The notes: generated from the letters alone by a model not told the origin. Shown: positions 36,501-45,429, numbered from the stretch's first letter. The stretch: DNA of 54,618 nucleotides from a virus (IMGVR_UViG_3300037225_000325:1-54618), one strand, 5' to 3'. Program-made: numbers and translations.

Positions 36501-36535
36501 ACCCGGTTCGGCCCCACCGGGTTATCAAAAGGGCC
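36501..36535 (+). ncRNA. H-type pseudoknot element, copy 1
   Basis: P1 ACCCGGT/ACCGGGT; loop GGCCC pairs with downstream GGGCC across an A-rich linker. Confidence 0.55.
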
Positions 36536-36547
36536 AATGGTGAAAAG

Positions 36548-36778
36548 ATGGGTAAGGGTGATCGGTTCTCGTCCATAAGGCGAAAGCAGGCTGCGATTAA
36601 AACGGCAGAAGCTACCGGCCAGATTGCGGATAGCCTTGAGGTACGCATGGCATTGCTGGACCGCATGAAAAACGGAGAGATAACGCTTGAACAGCTTCGG
36701 GATGAACTGAAGAGAATCAAACGGGGAGCGAAGGCGGCGGGAATGACTACCCGAGAACAAGCATACCGGGAGGGGTGA
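36548..36778 (+). CDS. Hypothetical basic protein
   Basis: 76-aa ORF co-oriented with the early arm. Confidence 0.6.
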   Translation: MGKGDRFSSIRRKQAAIKTAEATGQIADSLEVRMALLDRMKNGEITLEQLRDELKRIKRGAKAAGMTTREQAYREG

Positions 36779-36829
36779 AAAGATGGCTGACATTTTATCC
36801 GATTTACGAGATGCCGACGAGAGGGGAAG

Positions 36830-39013
36830 ATGAACTATAAGGATTTTCTCACCTCTAAGCGTCTCATTGTAGGATCATCGGGCATATCGGTTTATGATTC
36901 CGACATCCATCAGATGCTATTTCCCTTTCAGCGTGACCTTGTTAGATGGGCCTGCAAGAAAGGCAAGTCTGCCATTTTTGCAGATACCGGCCTTGGCAAG
37001 ACCTTCATGCAACTTGAATGGGCACGGCTCATGGCCAAGAAGGCCTTCATAGTCGCCCCTCTCTCCGTGGCAAGGCAGACAGTCAAGGAAGCGCAAAAGA
37101 TAGGCATCACGGTCAATTACTGCCGTTCCCAGGCGCAAACCACGGACGGCCTGAATATCACCAACTATGAAATGATAGAAGCGTTTGACCCCTCAGCCTT
37201 CGATGCCGTGGTCCTTGATGAATCATCCATTTTGAAATCAATAGCAGGGAAGATAAAAGCCAAAATGATAGAAATGTTCGCGGAGACCCCTTATCGTCTA
37301 TGCTGTACGGCTACCCCGGCCCCGAATGACATAGCTGAGATTGCCAACCATGCGGAGTTTTTGGGTATTATGTCGCGGGTAGATATGCTTGCAACCTTCT
37401 TTGTCCATGACGATGAAGGGTGGCGGCTTAAAGGCCATGCTGAAGAACCGTTCTACCGATGGATGGCATCGTGGGGCATGTCGATCAGAAAACCGTCAGA
37501 CCTCGGATACGATGACGATGGGTACATTTTACCGCCTCTTACGATTGAGCCGGTGTTTGTCGATACGACTGTGGCCCCGGATGGTCAGTTATTCTTTACT
37601 GGCTTGAAGGGCATAACTGACAGGTCTGCGGTACGGAAGGCGACCGTGCATGACCGGATGACTTTGGCCGCGTCTCTCGTCAACGGTGACGGGGAACAAT
37701 GGATTATATGGTGCGGATTGAACGATGAGGCCGATGGAATAGCGCGGCTTCTGTCGGATTCAGTCAACATTAAGGGGTCCATGTCGATTGAGGCAAAGAT
37801 AGCAGGGATTGAAGGGTTTCAAGATGGAATGATAAGGACGCTCATTTCAAAACCAAAAATAGCCGGGCATGGCCTGAATATGCAAATGTGCCATAACATG
37901 GTATTTCTCGGGCTGTCTGATTCCTACGAGGCCTATTATCAGTGCATCAGACGCTGTTATCGATTCGGACAGACCAAGCCCGTAAGGGTCTTTATCGTCC
38001 TGTCTGAAATGGAGCGGGATATTTTCAGGAATGTTCAAAACAAGGAAAGGGAGGCCCGGAAGATGGGAGACCGATTGATCGAACACGTTAAACAGTACGA
38101 GAAGGCGGAGATTGAAGAACTGGGCATGGAGTTTATCTACGAGACGGAGACCGTTAAGCACGATGAATACACGATGATGCTCGGTGATTCCGTGGAGAGG
38201 ATGAAGGAAATACGGAATAACTCCATCGGATTATCGGTGTTTTCGCCGCCGTTCATGTCGCTGTACACCTATTCCCCCACTGAGCACGACGTAGGAAATA
38301 GTCGGGGAGAAGAAGAGTTTTTCGGTCACTTCGGGTTTATCATGGACGAGTTGAAGCGCGTCACCAAGCCGGGACGGTTGTGTTGCGTCCATGTTGCCCA
38401 AGTCCCTGCCATGCTTGTCCGTGACGGGTATATCGGGATGAAAGATTTCAGAGGCAAAACCATCATGGCTTACGAGGACCACGGATGGATTTATCAGGGC
38501 GAGTGTTGCATCGACAAAGACCCCCAAGCCCAGGCCATCAGGACACATAGCAAGGGTTTGTTGTTCGCTCAGTTGAAGCGGGATGCCTCATGGCTACGTC
38601 CCGCCCTTGCCGATTACATTCTGGTATTCAGGGCACCAGGAGACAACGAAAGCGCTATCCTTCCAGACCTTACAAATGATGAATGGATCGAGTTCGCAAG
38701 GCCTATTTGGTATGGAATCCGAGAGACAGACACCTTGAACTTCACTGAGGCCCGTACCGACAAAGATGAGCGGCATATATGCCCCTTACAGCTTGGCACG
38801 ATAGAGCGGTGTATCCGGCTTTGGAGTAATGCAGGCGATACCGTCCTGTCTCCTTTCGCCGGGATAGGGTCAGAGGGGTATCAGGCTTTGAAACTTGGCA
38901 GGAGGTTTGTAGGTATCGAATTGAAGAAGGCGTACTACCAGACAGCCCTGAAAAACCTTGAATTGGCCCTGAAAGAACGGAATGCCGGGACACTCTTCGA
39001 GGCCACTCTATGA
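36830..39013 (+). CDS. SNF2-like helicase fused to an N4/N6 DNA methyltransferase
   Basis: DTGLGKT, LDES, TAT and RCYRFGQ helicase motifs; SPPF catalytic and PFAGIGS SAM-binding motifs. Confidence 0.9.
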   Translation: MNYKDFLTSKRLIVGSSGISVYDSDIHQMLFPFQRDLVRWACKKGKSAIFADTGLGKTFMQLEWARLMAKKAFIVAPLSVARQTVKEAQKIGITVNYCRSQAQTTDGLNITNYEMIEAFDPSAFDAVVLDESSILKSIAGKIKAKMIEMFAETPYRLCCTATPAPNDIAEIANHAEFLGIMSRVDMLATFFVHDDEGWRLKGHAEEPFYRWMASWGMSIRKPSDLGYDDDGYILPPLTIEPVFVDTTVAPDGQLFFTGLKGITDRSAVRKATVHDRMTLAASLVNGDGEQWIIWCGLNDEADGIARLLSDSVNIKGSMSIEAKIAGIEGFQDGMIRTLISKPKIAGHGLNMQMCHNMVFLGLSDSYEAYYQCIRRCYRFGQTKPVRVFIVLSEMERDIFRNVQNKEREARKMGDRLIEHVKQYEKAEIEELGMEFIYETETVKHDEYTMMLGDSVERMKEIRNNSIGLSVFSPPFMSLYTYSPTEHDVGNSRGEEEFFGHFGFIMDELKRVTKPGRLCCVHVAQVPAMLVRDGYIGMKDFRGKTIMAYEDHGWIYQGECCIDKDPQAQAIRTHSKGLLFAQLKRDASWLRPALADYILVFRAPGDNESAILPDLTNDEWIEFARPIWYGIRETDTLNFTEARTDKDERHICPLQLGTIERCIRLWSNAGDTVLSPFAGIGSEGYQALKLGRRFVGIELKKAYYQTALKNLELALKERNAGTLFEATL

Positions 39014-39222
39014 CCTGGCCCTGGTATCACTTCGTTCTGTCCTCCATGGCCGTCCTTGGTGTCTACCTCAACAATCACAAGCGCCGTGGATGCTTCTACC
39101 TTTGGATGGTCACAAACGCCGCATGGGGGGTTATCAATTACAGTCACGGTCTGCCAGTGGAGGCCATGCAGAACACGGTATTCCTTGGACTGGCCTTTCA
39201 TGGATGGTGGAAATGGAAATAG
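39010..39222 (+). CDS. Small membrane protein (PnuC-like fragment)
   Basis: Three hydrophobic segments; CFYLWMVTN...GWWKW. Confidence 0.55.
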   Translation: MTWPWYHFVLSSMAVLGVYLNNHKRRGCFYLWMVTNAAWGVINYSHGLPVEAMQNTVFLGLAFHGWWKWK

Positions 39223-39265
39223 GCTCTCAACGGGCTCTGTGGAAAAGGCCCTTTTTCAATGGTAT

Positions 39266-39301
39266 CCCGGTTCGGCGCCTACCGGGTTAAAAACAAGGCG
39301 C
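39266..39301 (+). ncRNA. H-type pseudoknot element, copy 2
   Basis: P1 CCCGGT/ACCGGG; loop GCGCCT pairs with downstream AGGCGC. Confidence 0.55.
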
Positions 39302-39314
39302 GTGGGGTGAAACC

Positions 39315-39452
39315 ATGGATTGGATAAAAGTTTCTGACAAGATGCCTGCACCGGGCATGTTTGCTGACCTTCCGTGGTTCGAGGTCTACGAAGGAGATAA
39401 GCTTGTTACTCGCCTCAATGCTGCCCACGTGACAGAGGTAACCTATGCCTAA
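39315..39452 (+). CDS. Hypothetical protein (45 aa)
   Basis: MDWIKVSDKMP..., a common phage N-terminal motif. Confidence 0.5.
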   Translation: MDWIKVSDKMPAPGMFADLPWFEVYEGDKLVTRLNAAHVTEVTYA

Positions 39453-39687
39453 ACTCTACCAACCAGCTAACGGAGATGAGGGTGACTACTTCCAGGGCGA
39501 CTGGTGTTGTCGTTGCGAGAAGGACCGGGCCGCATGGCAGGATGACGACTTTGAGAATGGGTGTAAAATCCTTGCGCGGACCTATTACACCAACACCAAC
39601 GATGAGGATTTTCCGCAGGAGTGGCGCTACTGTCTCGACACGCCGGTATGTACGGCATTTGAGGAAGCAACCCATGCCAACAGTTAA
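39445..39687 (+). CDS. Cys-rich hypothetical protein
   Basis: YQPANGDEG..F...WC..C..D...C.IL...P.EW......CTAF, a recurrent phage motif. Confidence 0.6.
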   Translation: MPKLYQPANGDEGDYFQGDWCCRCEKDRAAWQDDDFENGCKILARTYYTNTNDEDFPQEWRYCLDTPVCTAFEEATHANS

Positions 39688-39721
39688 GGAGATTATTGAA
39701 GAAGCGGAGGAGGAGTGAGCC

Positions 39722-40000
39722 ATGATTTGGCAATTACACTGGCAATACAAGGATGGGCATACAGAGTTTAAGAGCCAGCATGAGTTTGCGGAAGGCGACG
39801 ACATGCCCAAGGAAGTCACATTGTGGATAGATGCCGCAAGAATATCCTTTCCTCTCCCTGAAGGCGTTCAGTGGCTAATGGTCAGCGAAGAATCGGAATA
39901 CTTCACGAGAGGCTGTCCCTACCCCATAAAAGGCGATGACGGAACAGCCCAGGACTGCATTGACAAGGGGCATTGTGCGTGTGATGAGGGGAAGAAATGA
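39722..40000 (+). CDS. Hypothetical protein, paralogue A
   Basis: MIWQLHWQYKDG...CPYPIKGDDGTAQDCIDKGHCAC. Confidence 0.6.
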   Translation: MIWQLHWQYKDGHTEFKSQHEFAEGDDMPKEVTLWIDAARISFPLPEGVQWLMVSEESEYFTRGCPYPIKGDDGTAQDCIDKGHCACDEGKK

Positions 40001-40311
40001 ATAATAAGGACTGCGAAAAAATAGGATTCATCCTTAGTACAAGCAGAACCCAGGAAGAATTAATGGACCGCTTGTTTGAATTAGACACAAGAATAGAGAC
40101 AGAATACAAGGCGTTTGAGGATGTCCAAGGCCGCAGTGACGAGGTAGATGCTCTCGTCGAAAAGAAATTGGTAGATAGACTTGGCCCCAATTATGGCCTT
40201 ATGAAGGCGGCAACAAAAGAGTTGTATAGAGAAATATATAAAGAAGCCCGAGAGTTAGTGTACGGAGAAGACTATCACCCTTCTCTTTTCACGCATAGGA
40301 AACGGAGGTAA
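39997..40311 (+). CDS. Hypothetical protein
   Basis: ATGA-coupled. Confidence 0.55.
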   Translation: MNNKDCEKIGFILSTSRTQEELMDRLFELDTRIETEYKAFEDVQGRSDEVDALVEKKLVDRLGPNYGLMKAATKELYREIYKEARELVYGEDYHPSLFTHRKRR

Positions 40312-40482
40312 GGTTTTGACCGACCAGGCCGCCATTGTCCGCATCCCTATCAAGCCCCGCGTCCGGTTTTGTTGGTGGTGTTCCAGGAGACTCAGGGCCA
40401 ATTATCACGTAGAAGTCGAGGTAGACGGCCACATGAGGGTGATGCACAAGACGTGTAACAAATTACGCATGAAGGAGGAAAG

Positions 40483-40779
40483 ATGATCTGGCAATTACAC
40501 TGGCAATTCAAGGATGGACGCACAAAGTTTAAAACCCAGAAGTGGATGTCTGTAGCTACCCCTGATGTAGTTCGTCCTTGGATAGAATACACTCAGGCTC
40601 GGTTCCCGTTGCCTCCTGACGCACAATGGCTATTGCTCAACCAGGATGACCCCAGATTTGCGGGAGTAGATGAGGATACCGACGATGGCCCCTGCCCCTA
40701 TCCCATCAAAGGCGATGACGGCACGGCTACGGACTGCATTGACAAGGGGCATTGTGCGTGTGAGGAGAGGAAGAAGTGA
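40483..40779 (+). CDS. Hypothetical protein, paralogue B
   Basis: MIWQLHWQFKDG...CPYPIKGDDGTATDCIDKGHCAC. Confidence 0.6.
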   Translation: MIWQLHWQFKDGRTKFKTQKWMSVATPDVVRPWIEYTQARFPLPPDAQWLLLNQDDPRFAGVDEDTDDGPCPYPIKGDDGTATDCIDKGHCACEERKK

Positions 40780-40881
40780 CCGACCTTGACCACATCCTCC
40801 GCATCCTCAAGATCACCCTCCAGACACCGAGTGTGCATGACAGGTTGCTGAGGGATGCGGCAGAAGCTATAGAGCGCTATT

Positions 40882-41466
40882 ATGAAAAGGAGATTGAACG
40901 CATTTATGGAAAATCAAGCCCGCTTTCACCCAGAAATAAAGACTGAAACACTTATTAAAATGCACAAAGAAGGGTTGTCTGGTAGAGATATCGCCAAAAT
41001 AGTGGGGATTCACAACGCAAGTGTATACAAGAGGCTTAAAGGCGCGGGATACATCATAGAAGATAAGTCTCGCGTTGTGAAGTTGAAGCATAAGAGAGGC
41101 CAATATAAATATTTCAATAGCAAATCTATCCAACAAAGAATTGAAGAGAACAGTATGGCAATCCCGGACACCGGCTGTGTCTTATGGACAGGATGTACCT
41201 CTTATCAAGGTTATGCCCAAACAAGGTTTATGAGGAAAACATTAAATGTGCATCGGGTTGTCTGGGAATTATACAACGGGCCTATTCTGGATGGGTTGTG
41301 GGTTCTCCACCATTGTGACACGCCCGCATGTATTAACCCGCTCCATCTTTTTCTTGGAACTCATCAAGACAACATGCAGGACCGGCAAGATAAGCATAGA
41401 AACTACAAAGGTAAGCACGCCGATTGGACATATCCGTGCTTATTCAAGGGCGGAACATGGCGATAG
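40882..41466 (+). CDS. HNH endonuclease with N-terminal HTH
   Basis: CVLWTG...VHRVVW...VLHHCDTPACINPLHLFLGTHQDN; locally AT-rich; start may be 40906. Confidence 0.85.
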   Translation: MKRRLNAFMENQARFHPEIKTETLIKMHKEGLSGRDIAKIVGIHNASVYKRLKGAGYIIEDKSRVVKLKHKRGQYKYFNSKSIQQRIEENSMAIPDTGCVLWTGCTSYQGYAQTRFMRKTLNVHRVVWELYNGPILDGLWVLHHCDTPACINPLHLFLGTHQDNMQDRQDKHRNYKGKHADWTYPCLFKGGTWR

Positions 41467-42002
41467 ATAAAGGGCAGGACCGGAAACGGCCTAATGGCAG
41501 TATACCCTGCCACGGTAATGCGGCATCGAGCGCAGCCCCGCACCAGAGCGCGAACCTGGAGCATGAAGGCACTGGCAAAGCGCAGGAGGGTGCGACCGGA
41601 CCTGCCCCCTTACAAGAAAACCCAAAGCCGGAAATGGACATTCATGAGGCCGGTACAAAGCGGAACAGGCTGCCCGTCAGACACGAAAGGTCAGCAACGA
41701 CAGGGGTCGAATGTCCGGCCCCTGCCCCCACTTGTGATGATTGCGATAGCCAAGAAGGACGGCACTACTGTTTGCTTCACGGGAAGCCGATGACGAACAT
41801 GGACATAACTTGTTGTGCTGAATTTGAGGAAAAAGGGCAGGACCGTATGCTTGAAGGCGTGCTAAGCGGCCTTAGCGACCATGGACAACGCGAAGGTGAG
41901 AGTGTCACTCTTGAAACTACGCCGCGACCGGAGACAGCCTGATTGAAGGGCCATGCGGCCCCTGCCCTTATAAATTGCCGTACTCATCACGGAGGATTAG
42001 AG

Positions 42003-42209
42003 ATGGACATTGAAAGGTTGAGGGAACAGTGGGAACGCATCACCCATGAGGGCCTTATGAATGGGATTCCATGCCGGGAGATTGTTGATGCTCTCTTGGC
42101 GACGGAGACGGGACGGACCATAATAGATCGGATAGCCTGGGAAAAGAATGGGGACATAAACAACCTTGTTTACCGGCCCCAAACCATCAAAGACGTCCTG
42201 GAGGATTAG
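42003..42209 (+). CDS. Hypothetical protein
   Basis: RBS GGAGG before MDIERL. Confidence 0.55.
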   Translation: MDIERLREQWERITHEGLMNGIPCREIVDALLATETGRTIIDRIAWEKNGDINNLVYRPQTIKDVLED

Positions 42210-42211
42210 AG

Positions 42212-42571
42212 ATGGACAACGCCACGAAATCAATGGAGGATTTAATAGCAGATACTTCTAAGATGTCAACAGAGGAATACAATCTACTGTTTGCAAGGGC
42301 AATGCGTGATTTGGGCTGGCATCACGAGAGTGACGATTCACCGCTGGAAAGGGTATATGATTGTCAACCTTGTGATGACAGTAACATCGCTGATTGTGAT
42401 TTGTCGTTTATGTGTCCTACCTGTCCAAAGCCAACAGATAAAGTGTGGAAGCCCCTCACCTATTCCGAGGCGATGTCAATACTACAAGACATCGTTGAAG
42501 TGGCAGAACACGAGGACCAGTACGGGGATATCGGGAAGCTGTTGAAAGGGATAAGGAGGCAAAGAACATGA
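42212..42571 (+). CDS. Hypothetical Cys-containing protein
   Basis: RBS GGAGG. Confidence 0.55.
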   Translation: MDNATKSMEDLIADTSKMSTEEYNLLFARAMRDLGWHHESDDSPLERVYDCQPCDDSNIADCDLSFMCPTCPKPTDKVWKPLTYSEAMSILQDIVEVAEHEDQYGDIGKLLKGIRRQRT

Positions 42572-42918
42572 ACCCCCCAGAACGCGACCGGCTGTTGGTA
42601 GAGGCAATGGGTGATTGGATTCGGAGAAATCGTTATAGTGTGTGGAAGACTACTGTGGGTGCAGGGAAATTACCAGCTTTCGATTCAGAGGAACTTTTCT
42701 TACCTCTCTGGACCTGGGCCAAGGATGGAGATCACTCTCAGGACGTAGACACGTTCAAGGGGAAGGTGAAGGGAGGGTGGACATGGGAAGAGTTCATAAG
42801 TGCACAACACATCGTATACTTTTGGCAGGCAATGAAGATTGAACTCATCGGCCCTCAGTTCGCACAGCGGCTGGCAGATTTTCTTGAGACGAGGATAGAA
42901 AAGGAGGATACGTTATGA
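42568..42918 (+). CDS. Hypothetical protein
   Basis: ATGA-coupled; RBS AAGGAGG. Confidence 0.55.
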   Translation: MNPPERDRLLVEAMGDWIRRNRYSVWKTTVGAGKLPAFDSEELFLPLWTWAKDGDHSQDVDTFKGKVKGGWTWEEFISAQHIVYFWQAMKIELIGPQFAQRLADFLETRIEKEDTL

Positions 42919-43265
42919 AGTATAGGAAGAAACCAATAGAAGTTGAGGCGACACAATGGTTTAAAAATGGAGACCATCCACGGGATAACTCCCAACCGTA
43001 CCGCCCAATGGAAGAGGGAGAAACCTTGGATGATGTTTTGTCTGAAGGGCAAGTTGTTCGTTATTTCCGGCATCCTGAAGTAGAAGGTAGCCGGTCCTGT
43101 GAAAAATGCGGACAGCAAATGCACTATCACGGCTGGATTGATACTCTTGAAGGTGGCCACATTGTCTGCCCTAACGATTGGATTATCACTGGCATCAAGG
43201 GAGAATACTACCCCTGCAAGCCCGACATCTTTGAAGCTACGTATGAACTTGTCGATGAGGATTGA
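42915..43265 (+). CDS. Conserved phage protein (YRKKP...TLEG...YPCKPDIF, PGDYG-like)
   Basis: Recognisable motif set of a widespread phage family. Confidence 0.7.
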   Translation: MKYRKKPIEVEATQWFKNGDHPRDNSQPYRPMEEGETLDDVLSEGQVVRYFRHPEVEGSRSCEKCGQQMHYHGWIDTLEGGHIVCPNDWIITGIKGEYYPCKPDIFEATYELVDED

Positions 43266-43525
43266 AAAGTAAGGAGGAAGAAATGATACAAACAGAAACA
43301 CTTGACCAACTCTACCTTGAATGGTCTCAATTTACCGAGGCAAGGACGAAGAGGGAACTAAAGCTACTCAAGGCCGTGCAGTTGGCCTACAGGAAATGGC
43401 ACCTTGACGACCCTAATGTAGGATCGAATCAGTTATCAGAAGCGTTGCTACATGCTATCTGTGAAGCGATAGGTGATGAAGGGTATCAAGAGTGGATGAA
43501 GAGTATAGGACATGGAGAGAAGTAA
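43262..43525 (+). CDS. Hypothetical protein
   Basis: Last plus-strand gene; the true start is probably the internal MIQTETL after AAGGAGG. Confidence 0.55.
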   Translation: MKSKEEEMIQTETLDQLYLEWSQFTEARTKRELKLLKAVQLAYRKWHLDDPNVGSNQLSEALLHAICEAIGDEGYQEWMKSIGHGEK

Positions 43526-43549
43526 AGGGGCCACCTTCCGATGACCCCT
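43526..43549 (-). terminator. Terminator hairpin where the early and late operons converge
   Basis: AGGGGTCATC-GGAA-GGTGGCCCCT followed by TTACTT on the minus strand. Confidence 0.6.
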
Positions 43550-43554
43550 GAGTG

Positions 43555-43710
43555 CTACTTCCCGTCAGTTGCCGCCTTCGTCAACCATCCAAGGATTCCC
43601 GTACACACAGGCAAGAATACATCCTTCCCTGCGCCTGTCCCTGCCGCGAGACAGCAGATAGCCAACAGGACAAAGAGAGCCGCGTAGGTTTCAGTGAGTT
43701 TGGTATCCAT
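43555..43710 (-). CDS. Small two-TM protein, holin candidate
   Basis: Manual translation MDTKLTETYAALFVLLAICCLAAGTGAGKDVFLPVCTGILGWLTKAATDGK; RBS AGGAGG. Confidence 0.55.
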   Translation of the reverse strand: MDTKLTETYAALFVLLAICCLAAGTGAGKDVFLPVCTGILGWLTKAATDGK

Positions 43711-43718
43711 GTGCCCTC

Positions 43719-44072
43719 CTACAGCCCCGACCGGTTGATGTCCTGATTGGGGTCTGACTTAAATGCCGCAACTACAGCCGTGTCGATCTCCTTCATGGCA
43801 GCCGTGATCTCCGGCATCTTCGGTGCAATCACCGTGGCATAGGTATTGGCCGCACCGCCTGTTAAGCTCTGGCTCGCCACGATAGCCGCCATTTGAACGT
43901 TCTGCTCAAAGGACACCTGTGCCGTGGCGGGGTCTTCAATCTCCTGTGCTAAGTTGTAGGCGATAGGGATTGCCGAGGCGATGAGTTTGGTTACAGGGTC
44001 CGGATCGAACTGTGCGAAGATAGCTGCCAACTTTGAAAGTCCACTGAAAATAGACATGAAACTGAAAGCCAT
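43719..44072 (-). CDS. Hypothetical lysis-region protein
   Basis: RBS AAGGAGG; amphipathic N-terminus. Confidence 0.6.
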   Translation of the reverse strand: MAFSFMSIFSGLSKLAAIFAQFDPDPVTKLIASAIPIAYNLAQEIEDPATAQVSFEQNVQMAAIVASQSLTGGAANTYATVIAPKMPEITAAMKEIDTAVVAAFKSDPNQDINRSGL

Positions 44073-44084
44073 AACGTCCTCCTT

Positions 44085-44309
44085 TTATTCTACTGGTGTG
44101 AAGTCCACATAAAACGCCCTGCCAGGGAAAAACTGCTGCAATACCGCTGGATTGGTAATAAACATTTCCATGCTACCACTTGGTGTGGCTGCACAGAATC
44201 TCTGGTCTTCCGGAATGGACTTGTCGTAGGTGCAGTTGAACTTCGCCGTTGCACTCTCTCCCACATATTTTGTGACTGAACTGACTGTGAACTTTGCTCT
44301 TACTGCCAT
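44085..44309 (-). CDS. Conserved small phage protein (VRAKF...ATPSG...NP...YVDF)
   Basis: Recurrent phage motif; RBS AAGGAGG. Confidence 0.65.
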   Translation of the reverse strand: MAVRAKFTVSSVTKYVGESATAKFNCTYDKSIPEDQRFCAATPSGSMEMFITNPAVLQQFFPGRAFYVDFTPVE

Positions 44310-44323
44310 AACGTCCTCCTTTT

Positions 44324-44839
44324 TTATGGGACTACCCTTAAGGCATCTTTGAATGATAGATCGTCCCGCAGCATAACAGCGAGACGTATAGCTCTTGATT
44401 TTACCTCTCGTGCATACTCAGAGTCAAGCAAGTGGGCAGCCGCCTCGCGATAGAGTCCGGCGCGGAGGGATGCCAACATGTGCTTGAACTGGAGCACCTT
44501 GCCCACTCCCATGTTAAAGACCATGTCCAGAAGAACGTGCTGTCGGTTTTCGCTGAGGCCTGCATAGCAATCGATGTGGGAGCAGGCACGCTCTGCCACA
44601 TCAATGTCGTCCTCAAGCAGTCGTGTCTCTTCCGCCCGAGTGATGGTGTCTCCTACCTTGGAGATAGGCCTGCCGATAATGAAGTAACATGGAGACGCCT
44701 CGCAATTATGGCCCACGCCCACGCTGAGAATCCCCTTAGTGTCAAGATATGCCACCATACGCTCGCCCTCTTCACAGGTGAGTTGCCGTTCCTCATCGAC
44801 GTGGTAAATCAGTTGGCGCTTAAGTAGATCGGACGTCAT
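44324..44839 (-). CDS. Endolysin, T4-lysozyme-like (GH24)
   Basis: EEG....YLDTKG..SVGVGH catalytic region; DMVFNMG...F..ML......AA..LLDS. Confidence 0.85.
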   Translation of the reverse strand: MTSDLLKRQLIYHVDEERQLTCEEGERMVAYLDTKGILSVGVGHNCEASPCYFIIGRPISKVGDTITRAEETRLLEDDIDVAERACSHIDCYAGLSENRQHVLLDMVFNMGVGKVLQFKHMLASLRAGLYREAAAHLLDSEYAREVKSRAIRLAVMLRDDLSFKDALRVVP

Positions 44840-44848
44840 CCTTCACCT

Positions 44849-45190
44849 TCAATCCCCTGTCTTTTGCCTCAACAGAGTCTTTACATCACCCTGGATGATC
44901 TTCACCTCAGACCACAAATCATCTGACTTCTTCAATAGTTCGGCCCTGCTTTCCTTCTGACCTGTTTTCAGTTCTTCTATCTTCGCTGTCAGTCCTGAAT
45001 TTTTCTCCATCACCCCCTCATGGTCATAGCAATGGCCCTGGCACACGGCTGGTGAAGCTAAAGGTCTATTCAGTGCGAGATCAGTTCTTTTCGTGTCGCT
45101 TCCCAGACGCTTAATAACGACAGCCCCGGTGGTGACGATAAATGTGCTGAGAGGAATTGCAAGCAAGAGAGCTTCAGGCATGTCCATCAT
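44849..45190 (-). CDS. Membrane-anchored coiled-coil protein (holin/antiholin-like)
   Basis: N-terminal TM segment plus coiled coil; directly upstream of the endolysin. Confidence 0.55.
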   Translation of the reverse strand: MMDMPEALLLAIPLSTFIVTTGAVVIKRLGSDTKRTDLALNRPLASPAVCQGHCYDHEGVMEKNSGLTAKIEELKTGQKESRAELLKKSDDLWSEVKIIQGDVKTLLRQKTGD

Positions 45191-45233
45191 AGTGTCTACC
45201 CCTTTCCAGTGTCAGTGTGCGGTCCGCTCAAGG

Positions 45234-45386
45234 TTACATCCCCATTCCTATTCCCATCTGTGGCTGAGACTGATAAGCACCAGCATCGAGGATTACCACA
45301 AGGCTGCCTGCTGTATCGGTTATCCGTACTTTATTTGTTCCATCGAAAACATCTGCCGTACCTGTCCATACTGAGCCGTCGGTCAT
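45234..45386 (-). pseudogene. Paralogous copy of the C-terminus of the upstream beta-helix gene
   Basis: MTDGSVWTGTADVFDGTNKVRITDTAGSLVVILDAGAYQSQPQMGIGMGM aligns with LYTGKANVFDQTGTVRVTDGGGNEVVLTDAGGTQSLAQSAVGFGM. Confidence 0.6.
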
Positions 45387-45429
45387 GGTCACCTTACAGG
45401 ATTTCCGTTGTCAATAGTGGGTTCCATGG

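Noticed and set aside
36501-36535. Canonical preQ1-I riboswitch call
   Set aside because: Lacks the specificity C before the P1 3' strand and the AAAAAACUA-type tail, and no queuosine genes follow; kept as an unassigned pseudoknot.
41701-41730. tRNA gene (GGGTCGAATGTCC resembles a T-arm)
   Set aside because: No cloverleaf with proper D and anticodon arms could be built; no tRNA called in the window.
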